Positions 10,610 through 18,941 of a stretch of 64,000 nt of DNA are shown here, one piece after another (positions within the stretch are counted from its first letter, which is position 1; every line of letters starts with the position of its first letter). The position numbers were made by a program, and so were the translations under genes. Source of the DNA: an uncultured Candidatus Rokubacteria bacterium (GTDB lineage: Bacteria; Methylomirabilota; Methylomirabilia; Rokubacteriales; DASRDR01). The DNA is taken from positions 128,001 to 192,000 of the forward strand of contig CAWDVE010000016.1 in the NCBI GenBank assembly GCA_963805625.1, read 5' to 3'. Under the pieces are notes generated by a model that was not told the DNA's origin, searched no databases, and saw only the letters and a list, made by a program, of their open reading frames with translations.

Positions 10610-11788
10610 GTGCGGCGTCCGTTTGTCGTCCTCTGGCTCGCGACGCTCCTCTTCTATCTCGGGTTCCAGCTGCTGCTGCCGGTCATCCCGCTCTACGCCA
10701 CCGAGCTCGGGGCTCGGGAGGCGCACGTCGGTTTCATCATCGGGGTCTTTGCCCTCGCGGCAATGGTGCCGCGCCCGATCGCCGGCGACCTCGCCGACCG
10801 GATCGGCCGCCGGCCCCTTGTCCTTCTAGGTACCGCCATCTTCGCGCTGGCGCCGCTCGGCTACGCGGTTGTCGGGACGATTCCCGGACTGCTCGTCCTG
10901 CGGCTGTTCCACGGCACGGGCATGGGGTTCGGCCCGACGGCCGCTACCGTGATAGCCACGGATCTGACGTCCCCTGAGCGGCGTGGCGCCGCGATGGGCG
11001 TCTACGGTCTCGCTTCGGCGGTCGCACTCGCCGTCGGGCCGTACCTGGGAGGCGAACTGGTTCAACGCCTGGGCTTCACCTGGACGTTTCTCGTGGCCGC
11101 GGCGATCGAAGCAGGAGCCCTCGCCCTGGCGTGGACCCTGCCGGAGACGCGGCCCGCCGGCGGACTTGCCCGGGCTCCGGCCGAGCCGCCGGACGGGTTG
11201 GTGTCCGCCCGGGGGATGCTCGCGCGTTTCTGGCACCGCTGGTTCAGCACGGCCGCGGTCTACCCGTCGGGGCTCGTCCTGGCGCTCTACATCTCGTACG
11301 GCGGTCTCGCTGCGCTCCTGCCCCTCTTCGCCGAGCGCCGCCAGCTGGGGAACCCGGGGCTCTTCTTCACGGTCTTCGCCCTGGTCAGCCTCGCGGTCCG
11401 ATCCCCTGCGGGCCGGCTCTCGGATCGCGTGGGCCGGCGGGCTGTGATCGCACCGGCCCTGGCCATCTCCGGTGGGGGTCTTGTCCTGCTCGGGCTCGCG
11501 GCGTCGCAGGGGACATTCCTCGGCGCGGCGGGACTCTACGGCGTCGGCTTCGGAGCGGGACAGCCTGCGTTCCTCGCGATGACGGCCGACCGCGTCCCGC
11601 CGGGGGAGCGCGGGCGTGCGATGGGCACCCTCTACACCGCGTGGGAGCTCGGCATCTCGGGGGGCTCGATCGTGCTGGGGCTCTGCGCGACCCGGCTCGG
11701 ATACGCGGCGACATGGTGGATCGCCGCTGCGATCGTGGGGGTGGGGGCGATCGCGGCGCTCTACCCGGGTGGCCGGCCACGCGGGTGA
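10610..11788 (+). CDS. MFS transporter
   Basis: About 12 hydrophobic segments; motif A GDLADRIGRR and GRLSDRVGRR. Confidence 0.92.
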   Translation: MRRPFVVLWLATLLFYLGFQLLLPVIPLYATELGAREAHVGFIIGVFALAAMVPRPIAGDLADRIGRRPLVLLGTAIFALAPLGYAVVGTIPGLLVLRLFHGTGMGFGPTAATVIATDLTSPERRGAAMGVYGLASAVALAVGPYLGGELVQRLGFTWTFLVAAAIEAGALALAWTLPETRPAGGLARAPAEPPDGLVSARGMLARFWHRWFSTAAVYPSGLVLALYISYGGLAALLPLFAERRQLGNPGLFFTVFALVSLAVRSPAGRLSDRVGRRAVIAPALAISGGGLVLLGLAASQGTFLGAAGLYGVGFGAGQPAFLAMTADRVPPGERGRAMGTLYTAWELGISGGSIVLGLCATRLGYAATWWIAAAIVGVGAIAALYPGGRPRG

Positions 11789-11828
11789 GGAGGTTCCGAG
11801 CGCTCCGGTTCTGGCCGGGTCGGCAGCG

Positions 11829-12773
11829 TCAGCGCGCGGCGCCGCGCTCGCCGCTTGCGGGCCGCAGCACCCGCGGCGCCCGGGCGACGTCGGCAGTGCC
11901 ACCCGGCACGAGCTGAAACCCGAGCCGCGTCCACGTCTCGGGGGGCGAGCCCCGTCGCTCGGTGTGGCGGCGCTCGTGGCCGGTCGGGCGCCGCGCTCCC
12001 CGTCGCCGCTCGCTGCGACGACGGTCCCAGATCACAGCGAGACCGGGTCCCGCTGCCCCAACCTCGACGGCGCGGTAGAGGTCGCCCCGTCCCCGCTGGA
12101 CGACGACGAGCGCGTCGGCTGCCGCGCCGGACTCCTTGTTGCCCGCGGTCTCTATCTTGGCCGGCGAGGAACCTGGGACGAGCCGCTGCCGGAGCTGCTG
12201 GACGTAGCCTACGCGGAGGGCCGTAGCGGCTTCGTCCAGCGCCCGGGCGATCTGGTGCACCCCGTCCTGAGTGTCGGTGACGAGACCCCGGAGCATCCCG
12301 ACCTCGTGATCGAGTGCGACCATCCGGCGCCGGAGGCTGCGCAGCTCGCGCCAGAGCAAGACGCCTACCGCTGCCATCGCGGCGAGGGCCAGGAGGGCGA
12401 GGGCGGCGGCGGCGCTCACCAGCAGGCGGTCGAGCCACCCGGCGCCCGCCGCGCTCGCGGGGGTGAGGCTCAGGACGGTGAGGAGGCCGTGCGACTCGTC
12501 CGTGGCGCCGAGCGTGAAGCGGACCCGGTCCCCGGGGCGCACGCTCTGGACCACACCCTGGACCGGGAACTCCGACTGCGCCGCGGGGAGGAGCCCCGGG
12601 ATGCCGCTGTGCTCGATCGTCACGGTACTCCGTCCTGGATCGACCGCGATGATGCGGCCCTGTCCGTCGAAACTCGGAGCCGCCCCGGCCGGCCCCGCGG
12701 CCCAGAGGCCAAGGGCAAGACCGAGCGCGATTCTCAGGGCTGGACCGACGGGCCACCAGCGCCGACTATCCAT
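11829..12773 (-). CDS. Exported CusF-like OB-fold + TM + coiled coil + Arg-rich (DRR..ERR) membrane protein
   Basis: Signal peptide; GQGRIIAVDPGRSTVTIEHSGIPG...VRPGDRVRFTL; second hydrophobic helix; VIWDRRRSERRR...ERRHTERR. Confidence 0.7.
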   Translation of the reverse strand: MDSRRWWPVGPALRIALGLALGLWAAGPAGAAPSFDGQGRIIAVDPGRSTVTIEHSGIPGLLPAAQSEFPVQGVVQSVRPGDRVRFTLGATDESHGLLTVLSLTPASAAGAGWLDRLLVSAAAALALLALAAMAAVGVLLWRELRSLRRRMVALDHEVGMLRGLVTDTQDGVHQIARALDEAATALRVGYVQQLRQRLVPGSSPAKIETAGNKESGAAADALVVVQRGRGDLYRAVEVGAAGPGLAVIWDRRRSERRRGARRPTGHERRHTERRGSPPETWTRLGFQLVPGGTADVARAPRVLRPASGERGAAR

Positions 12774-12817
12774 CCGTCACCATCCGTGACCCCCTCCGAT
12801 CGAAGCCGGGTAGGCAG

Positions 12818-12846
12818 ACGGTAGGCGGCCAGCGGGGTGGCGTCAA
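12818..12846 (-). promoter_or_regulatory. sigma70 promoter of the CusF-like gene
   Basis: TTGACG, 17-nt spacer, TACCGT on the minus strand. Confidence 0.55.
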
Positions 12847-12880
12847 GGGCCTTCGGCCGTTGCGGGCCTTCGGCCGTTGC
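12847..12880. repeat. Perfect 17-bp tandem direct repeat (2 copies)
   Basis: GGGCCTTCGGCCGTTGC at 12847-12863 and 12864-12880. Confidence 0.9.
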
Positions 12881-12943
12881 CACCCCTGGCACGGGGCCCC
12901 CAGCGGGGACCCACGCTCTTCACGTGTTTGGGGGTCGACAGAC

Positions 12944-12973
12944 TTGCGATCCGGCGAGGCGCTGGGCTATCGT
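12944..12973 (+). promoter_or_regulatory. Possible sigma70 promoter for the coiled-coil gene
   Basis: TTGCGA, 18-nt spacer, TATCGT. Confidence 0.4.
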
Positions 12974-13014
12974 GAGTCTCCCCGTTCCTGTGACCTGGGG
13001 CAGGAGGACGTGCG

Positions 13015-13476
13015 ATGGGTGAGGTGAAGTTCGGAGAGTTGCGGTCGGTCGTGGAGGCGGTCCGGCAGATCGTCCTGGACTGGGACGGGTTCGTCTCCAA
13101 CGTCGAGGCCCTCGCCCGGGAGCACGACGAGTATCGCCAGAGCGCCGATCGTCTGGCCTGGGAGCTCGGCGAGCTACGCGCCGCGCACGAGCGCCTCGGT
13201 CACGAGCATGACGAGGCTCGTACGGCGCTGGCATCGCTCCGCGCGAGCCAGGACGCGTTGACGCGCGAGCACGGACGGCTTGGTCAGGAGCGCGAGGAAG
13301 CGCAGCGAGCCCTGACGGCGCTCCGCGCGAGCCACGACACGCTGGCCCAGGAACGTGAGCGTCTCCAGCGCGAGCTCGCCGACATGCAGGAGCGTCACGA
13401 GGCTGTGATGCGCGAGCGGCACCGCGCGGGCGAAGAGCTCGAGGCGATCCTCCGCCGGTTCCGCGCCTCCGCCTGA
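13015..13476 (+). CDS. Coiled-coil protein with heptad-multiple internal repeats
   Basis: AGGAGG RBS; repeats LxxLRA(A/S)(H/Q)(E/D)xL; 16-bp DNA repeat at 13235 and 13319. Confidence 0.75.
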   Translation: MGEVKFGELRSVVEAVRQIVLDWDGFVSNVEALAREHDEYRQSADRLAWELGELRAAHERLGHEHDEARTALASLRASQDALTREHGRLGQEREEAQRALTALRASHDTLAQERERLQRELADMQERHEAVMRERHRAGEELEAILRRFRASA

Positions 13477-13501
13477 CTCGCGGCCTCGCTCGTCGGCCGG
13501 C

Positions 13502-16027
13502 TCACCTCGCGTGGCCACCGGCCACTTCGCCGAAGACGAGGTCCTCCAGCCACTCGATGCGGATCCGGTCGGGCCCCAGGAGGCTTCCGCCGTAGCTCTC
13601 GCTGACCGATCGACGCGTCGTCCAGAGGATGACTTGCTTTCCCTGGGCCTGGAGCGTCTTGACGACCTCGTGAAAGTCTCCGTCCCCTGTCCCGATGACG
13701 TACACCGGGATCTCGGGATACTCCCGCAGGACGAAGTGGATCTTCTCCCGCAGCAAGTGATCGGAGGCGTTGGCCTTCTCGCGCCCGGCGATGTCCGTGG
13801 AGAAGCGCGCGTTCCGGACGGCCTTCTGATCGCCTTCGAAGAAGTCCCGGTCCCAGTCGGCGACGGCCCACCGCTGCCGGGGGAGACCGTGCCGCCAGGC
13901 CGCGTCGAGGAGCCGGGAGGCAAGCTCCACGCCCATGAGCCTCGCGCGCCCGACCTGCGCCCGGGGCTCCGGGAGATCGTCCAGGTGGCGAGCGAGGCTC
14001 ACCTTCACGTTCTCCCAGTCGAGCATCAAGGCGAGGGCCGCGCGGCGCGCGGCCGGATCTCCGGCCGACGGTCGGCTGCCTTCAGGCGTGTCACGCTCCG
14101 GCGTCACGGTCCCCGCCGGCTCGGCCCCGCTGCCCGGCGCCCCGCCGTCCTCGCCCGCCCCGCTTCCCCCGACGTCGGCGAGCGGCGCGCCGAGCCGCTC
14201 GGCCCACAGGCGCGCGTCGGCCTCCGAGAAGCTCGTCTCCGGCCAGCTCTGCCGGAGAACTCGGAGCGCGTCCTCGCGGAACCCGTGCCGCTGACCCCAG
14301 CCGAGGAGGGCGCGCAAGAGCTGGGCCTTCTTTCGGGGATCGACGTTGCGCCGGTGCTGGGTGACCCGCCAGCTGTGGAGCCGGCAGCGCCAGCTGGCGG
14401 CGAGGTCCCCGGCCTCCTCGTTGAGCGTGGCCGCGCAGTCCCAGTTCTTGAAGACTCCCGCCTCGGGGCCGGCCGCGACGCGCTGCCGGAACCACTCGAC
14501 ACCCGTGGCGACCAGCGAGGTCTCGATGAACTCACGCGTCAGCTGGTCCAGCTCCTCGAAGAGCAGGCGCTCCCGCGGGTCAGGGAAGATGCGATCCGGA
14601 TCCCGGAGGATGCGGTTGATCCGACGAAAGTGGTCGCGGAACCGCGCAGCCGCGCCTCCGCTGCCGGGCGCTTCTGCGTCCTGGAGCGCCGCGAGGAGGT
14701 GCGCCTCGTAATGGCGCGCGCGGAGGCAGAGCGCCGCGAGCACATCCAGGCGGCTCTGCTCGATGGCCCAGAGGAGGCACAGCTCGAAGGCCTCCGTCGG
14801 GTGGGCGTCCAGGTCGAGGACGGGTAGCAGGACGTCGAGCGCCTCGTCCGCGCGGGACGGCAGGCGGCGCAGCGCGCAGGCGAGGTTCCAACGCGCGGTC
14901 CATCCACGGTGCTCGTGGAAGCGGTCGGAGGCAATGGCGGCCTCGAGCAGCTCGATGACGTCGTGAATGTCCGTGCCCTGACCAAACAAGGTTAGCGCGT
15001 AGGCGTACCACTCCTTGGCGATGGTATTCGTGCTGCGGCGGTAGTGAAGGTCGGCGAACTCGTCGAGCGCCCGGGGATCCCGCCGGAGGAGGAGCTCGCG
15101 AGCCTGGTGAAAGGCGGGGTCGGGGGCGCCCACGACCCGCAGCTCCGAGACCGGCTCGCGGTGCTCGGGCTTCGCGTCGAGCCGGAGGCGTAGGTTTCCT
15201 TCCAGCTCGTCCCGCACGTCGGCCAGGGCTTGCGCGAGCGCCTCGGTATCGCCCCGCTCGACCGCGTGGCGGATCTCCCCCCAGATGATCGGTGTCACCA
15301 GGGTTGACAGCGGCTCGGGGCGCCGCGCGGCGCGCTGCGCACGCCGGACGGCGGCGGGGGCGATCCGCTCGCCGATGTCCGCCCAGTCCCGACGGATGCG
15401 CTCGAGCCGTGTCGGCACCTCGAGCTCGAGGACGGCCTCGATATTCTCCCGGATCAGGCGGTCGCGCGCCTCCGGGTCGCTTTCGGCCGCGAGCCGCGCG
15501 CGCTCGAGCTCGAGCAGGATCATCTCGTCGATGGCCAGCGCCACCTGGGTGGGCAGCGTGCCCCACGCCGAGCTGACGAACGCCGCCATGGCGGCCCGCA
15601 CGGCGCGCACGTCGGCGTCCCCCCGCCGGCACCGAGCGACCTGGTCGGTCACGAGGGCGCGCACCGCGTTCCCGAGGGCCTGGCGCATCGGACGGGTCGC
15701 GTGCATCAGCGGGCTGGCCCGCCGGAACAGCTCGTGCGCCGCCTGAAAGAGGCGGAGCGCCTCGCCGAGGTCGCCGTCCCGGGCTGCGCGGCGCCCGAGC
15801 ACGTCGAGCGCGAAGCCGAGCGTGGTGAGGTCCCGGCTCCGGGAGCCGTTCCGGACCTCCGCGGCGCCGGGGACGTCGCCCTTCAGGATTTCTACGGCGG
15901 TGCGATTCTTCTCGAGGTGCTCGGGGGGAAGATCCTGGAGGTGGATCTCAACCACAGCCACGAGCCCGGGAAGAGCATCGACGATCTGCTCGGCGGACCA
16001 AAGCGGCCACTCGACAACCTTGTCCAT
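13502..16027 (-). CDS. Large helical-repeat (TPR-like) protein with C-terminal NYN (PIN-like RNase) domain
   Basis: C-terminal LMLDWENV...AVADWD...KANASD...VIGTGDGDFHEVVKTLQAQGKQVILW; N-terminal helical repeats (WYAYAL, WNLACAL, WDCAATL). Confidence 0.8.
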   Translation of the reverse strand: MDKVVEWPLWSAEQIVDALPGLVAVVEIHLQDLPPEHLEKNRTAVEILKGDVPGAAEVRNGSRSRDLTTLGFALDVLGRRAARDGDLGEALRLFQAAHELFRRASPLMHATRPMRQALGNAVRALVTDQVARCRRGDADVRAVRAAMAAFVSSAWGTLPTQVALAIDEMILLELERARLAAESDPEARDRLIRENIEAVLELEVPTRLERIRRDWADIGERIAPAAVRRAQRAARRPEPLSTLVTPIIWGEIRHAVERGDTEALAQALADVRDELEGNLRLRLDAKPEHREPVSELRVVGAPDPAFHQARELLLRRDPRALDEFADLHYRRSTNTIAKEWYAYALTLFGQGTDIHDVIELLEAAIASDRFHEHRGWTARWNLACALRRLPSRADEALDVLLPVLDLDAHPTEAFELCLLWAIEQSRLDVLAALCLRARHYEAHLLAALQDAEAPGSGGAAARFRDHFRRINRILRDPDRIFPDPRERLLFEELDQLTREFIETSLVATGVEWFRQRVAAGPEAGVFKNWDCAATLNEEAGDLAASWRCRLHSWRVTQHRRNVDPRKKAQLLRALLGWGQRHGFREDALRVLRQSWPETSFSEADARLWAERLGAPLADVGGSGAGEDGGAPGSGAEPAGTVTPERDTPEGSRPSAGDPAARRAALALMLDWENVKVSLARHLDDLPEPRAQVGRARLMGVELASRLLDAAWRHGLPRQRWAVADWDRDFFEGDQKAVRNARFSTDIAGREKANASDHLLREKIHFVLREYPEIPVYVIGTGDGDFHEVVKTLQAQGKQVILWTTRRSVSESYGGSLLGPDRIRIEWLEDLVFGEVAGGHAR

Positions 16028-16124
16028 GCGGGATCACTCCAACTGAGCCTCAAGGATTGAAAGATTCGCCTCCGACCTGGAGCCGGAGGGAGAAGGAGGG
16101 CGTCGCGACCCAGGGGGGCGGCTC

Positions 16125-16577
16125 CTAGCGCCGCCGCCGTCCCGCGCTCTTCCGACCGACCTCGACCGGGTGGGACCGCCGCGGTGGAACCGAGCGCGGC
16201 ACGTGGCGGACCGGCACCGACTTGCGTGCCGCCGCCAGCTGGAGCCCTCGGTCCGGAGGAAGCACGGGACCGACTGGCCGATTGTCCTTTCCCGGCATTG
16301 GCTTGCGGGCCTTCGGGTCGTGGGAGACCGGGGTGAGGATGGTGCCCACAGGGTCCAGGAAATGACGGAGCGCGAAGCCGCAGACTTTGCACCGCTTGTA
16401 GGAAAAGCGCCGGCTTTGCTCATCGAGCCGAGGCCGGCCCAAGACCTCCATGCGGCCAGGACAACACTTGTTTGGCGATGGAGGAGAAATGATACGTCGC
16501 GGATAAAGATTCTGCGGCTTTAACTCACGGCTATAGACGATGATATTCTTCACGCTACCCAGCGCCTCACGGAGCAT
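16125..16577 (-). CDS. Putative small Cys-motif (Zn-ribbon-like) protein with basic tail; start uncertain
   Basis: KCCPGRME...YKRCKVCGF followed by an Arg/Pro-rich tail; atypical codon usage. Confidence 0.4.
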   Translation of the reverse strand: MLREALGSVKNIIVYSRELKPQNLYPRRIISPPSPNKCCPGRMEVLGRPRLDEQSRRFSYKRCKVCGFALRHFLDPVGTILTPVSHDPKARKPMPGKDNRPVGPVLPPDRGLQLAAARKSVPVRHVPRSVPPRRSHPVEVGRKSAGRRRR

Positions 16578-16629
16578 TTTCGCCACGAATGCAGGACTTT
16601 GCAAGCGGAAATCGCCGAGCGGCAATCTG

Positions 16630-17499
16630 TCAGCCGGCGGACTCCTTCCCGGCGAACTCCCGGGCACTGGGGAACCACCGCGCCAGGTCGTCGAGCGGGG
16701 TGGTCGCCAGGAATGGCTCGACCAGGCGGCGGGTGTACGCGCGACTCCCGGCAAAGCGAACCTCGGCGGTGGCCAGTAGCCCTCCGTCCGGACCGAGAAG
16801 GACGCCGCTCACCCGAGAGTAGCGGCCCCGAGGGTCGTCGTCGCTCGCGCCGGCGGCCCGGTCGCCCACCGCCAGGAGCGGCGCGAACGGCAACGACTCG
16901 AAGAGCGTGATCCGGACGTCCGTCGTCACCCCGCACTCCTTCTGGGCAAGCGCACCGAGCCACCAGCCAAGCTCGTCCAAGAGGATGAGCGCCAGCGCTG
17001 GATGCGCGCCCTCCCGCGTCTGGTAGGTCGGCGACGGCATGTGCTCGCCCCACAGGAAGCGATCGTTCGCGCGGAAGCGGATGCCGAGGCCGAGCGGGTT
17101 CGCCGAGCCGCACGCGAGGCAGGTCGCCGTGCCCGGCACCTCCTCGCGCGTGTCGTGGTCGGCGGCCCACCGGGTCCGCAGGGGGGCGACGTCCGGCTGA
17201 ACGAGCCCCTCGCGGTGAAGCGTTGCCTCTGCCAGGGGGCGCTCGCCCTGGGTCAACGCCAGTCGCGCAGTCGTGCCTGCGCTGCCCGTCCGGAGGCCGA
17301 GTGGCGTCCCGGTGGGAACGCCGCGAAGCAGCTCGACGCGGAGCGCGACGGGGGGGCGCGGCAGCGCGAGACGGTGGAAGACTGCGGCGATCGCCCCGCC
17401 GTGCGCAGTGCCGGGAAAACCGTGGAGATCGGCCGGAAATGTGACGACGCCGCGCGCCGCGTCGGCGACCGCCTCCCGGAGCGCCTCGCCGATCGTCAT
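16630..17499 (-). CDS. Double hotdog-fold (PaaI-like) thioesterase
   Basis: GFPGTAHGGAIAA; CLACGSANPLGLGIRF; LLDELGWW. Confidence 0.8.
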   Translation of the reverse strand: MTIGEALREAVADAARGVVTFPADLHGFPGTAHGGAIAAVFHRLALPRPPVALRVELLRGVPTGTPLGLRTGSAGTTARLALTQGERPLAEATLHREGLVQPDVAPLRTRWAADHDTREEVPGTATCLACGSANPLGLGIRFRANDRFLWGEHMPSPTYQTREGAHPALALILLDELGWWLGALAQKECGVTTDVRITLFESLPFAPLLAVGDRAAGASDDDPRGRYSRVSGVLLGPDGGLLATAEVRFAGSRAYTRRLVEPFLATTPLDDLARWFPSAREFAGKESAG

Positions 17500-17515
17500 G
17501 GCGAGCGCGCAGCGT

Positions 17516-17632
17516 TCAGGGATCCGAGCAGTCGCGCGTGTATCCGCAGTGCGGGCAGACGATCTTGCACTTGATCTCGCGCATGATCGCGCCGCAGACC
17601 CAGCAACTGTGCACGATCGCGTCGTGGGCCAT
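17516..17632 (-). CDS. 38-aa zinc-finger microprotein (HVO_2523-like), absent from ORF track
   Basis: MAHDAIVHSCWVCGAIMREIKCKIVCPHCGYTRDCSDP*; GC-rich third positions; upstream -10 box. Confidence 0.8.
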   Translation of the reverse strand: MAHDAIVHSCWVCGAIMREIKCKIVCPHCGYTRDCSDP

Positions 17633-17644
17633 GTCGAGTCGGGT

Positions 17645-17651
17645 TATAGTA
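17645..17651. promoter_or_regulatory. Overlapping bidirectional -10 elements
   Basis: TATAGT (+, 17645-17650) and TACTAT (-, 17651-17646) between divergent genes. Confidence 0.5.
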
Positions 17652-17657
17652 AGCGCG

Positions 17658-18245
17658 ATGTGCCGCCCGCTTCAACCTTTTGGAGGACGCGTGCCCCTCC
17701 TGCTCCTCCTGGCGGGCCTTCTCGGAAGCGGATGTGCTCGGGTCACGCTGGATGCCGTGCGTGCTGACGTTGCCGCGGGCCAGGGCCACCTCATCACCAC
17801 CGTGCCCTTCATCGCCCAGGACGCCTATCAGTGCGGCCCCGCGGCGCTCGCCATGGTCCTCCGCTACTGGGGGGTGGCCGCCGACGCAGAGGAGATCGGG
17901 CGTACTCTCTACCTGCCCTCCGCTCAGGGCGTCCTAAACCTCGAGCTCGAGTTCGAGGCCCGCCGGCGCGGGTTCCGCACCCAGGCCTTCGAGGGCTCCC
18001 TCGAGCGCGCCAAGACGGAGCTCCGCCGCGGCCGTCCAGTCATCGTGTTCCAGGACCTGGGGCGGGGGCCGGTATCCATCCCGCACTTCGCCGTGCTGCT
18101 GGGCTACGACGACCGGGCCGAAGTGGTCGTGCTTCACTCGGGAGCGACTCCTTACCAGGTCCTCTCGTACGCCGAGTTCCTCCGGACCTGGGCCGCCCGC
18201 CGGGGCTGGTCACTCCTGATCACGCCGCCCGGCGCCGCCACGTGA
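17658..18245 (+). CDS. Peptidase C39-like (PA2778 family) lipoprotein
   Basis: Lipobox LGSGC; QDAYQCGPAALAMVL (Cys), PHFAVLLGYD (His), LHSG; start ATG 17658 or GTG 17691 (GGAGG RBS). Confidence 0.85.
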   Translation: MCRPLQPFGGRVPLLLLLAGLLGSGCARVTLDAVRADVAAGQGHLITTVPFIAQDAYQCGPAALAMVLRYWGVAADAEEIGRTLYLPSAQGVLNLELEFEARRRGFRTQAFEGSLERAKTELRRGRPVIVFQDLGRGPVSIPHFAVLLGYDDRAEVVVLHSGATPYQVLSYAEFLRTWAARRGWSLLITPPGAAT

Positions 18246-18916
18246 GGGGGGCCGAGATCCGGGGCCGCCTCCTCGGAGTCGCGCTTGGCGCGGCCCCTGC
18301 CGCCCTGCTCGCCGTCGGCGGCGACGTGGTCAACGTCTACACGGGCGAGGTCGTTCGCTGGGACGTGGCCGTGGCCGATGGGCGCATCGCGGCGGTCGGC
18401 CCGGACCTCGCGTCCCTGGCGGGCCCGGCGACCGAGCGGCTCGACGTCCGCGGCAAGGTGCTCGTTCCGCTGGCGGCGGTCTGTGACCGGCGGAGCGGGC
18501 TCCGCCGCGGCCTCGGGGTCGTCCAGGGGTTCGGGCTCCGCGAGGGGGCCGTCGTCTCGACGCTGTCGTTCGACACCGCCGACCTGGTCCTCGTCGGCGC
18601 CTCGCGCGAGGCGCTGGCGGCCGCCGGGCAGCGGGCGGTGGCCCTCGGCGGCGGGTTCGTCGTCGTGGACGGCCGGGGCGCCGTGCGCGCGGAGCTGCCG
18701 CTCCCGCTGGGCGGCATCGCCGCGGCTGGCTCCGTGTCGGAGCTGGCCCACGGCCTCGAGACGGTGACCGGGGCGTTGCGCGACCTGGGCTCGCAGCTCG
18801 GCCGCCCGCTCCTGACGCTGCAGACCCTCACGTTCTCGGCCATTCCCGCGTTGCGCCTGACCACTCGCGGGCTTCTCGTCGTCAAGAGCCGCGAGCACGT
18901 GCCGGCCCTCCTCTGA
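18242..18916 (+). pseudogene. Adenine deaminase remnant: N- and C-terminal domains fused in frame, catalytic barrel absent
   Basis: VVNVYTGEV...DVAVADGRIAAVG...LDVRGKVLVP joined at about 18469 to ...VQGFGLREGAV...GGFVVV...ELPLPLGG...IPALRLTTRGL; no PGFIDxHxH. Confidence 0.75.
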
Positions 18917-18941
18917 GCGACGCACGCTCGCCAGGTCCACG

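Noticed and set aside
12847-12880. CRISPR array or iteron interpretation of the 17-bp repeat
   Set aside because: Only two adjacent copies, no spacers, and no cas or rep genes.
17516-18245. RiPP system (Cys-rich precursor + C39 peptidase, with SagB elsewhere)
   Set aside because: The small protein has Zn-finger CxxC spacing and no double-Gly leader; the C39 protein is a stand-alone lipoprotein; SagB is about 30 kb away without YcaO.
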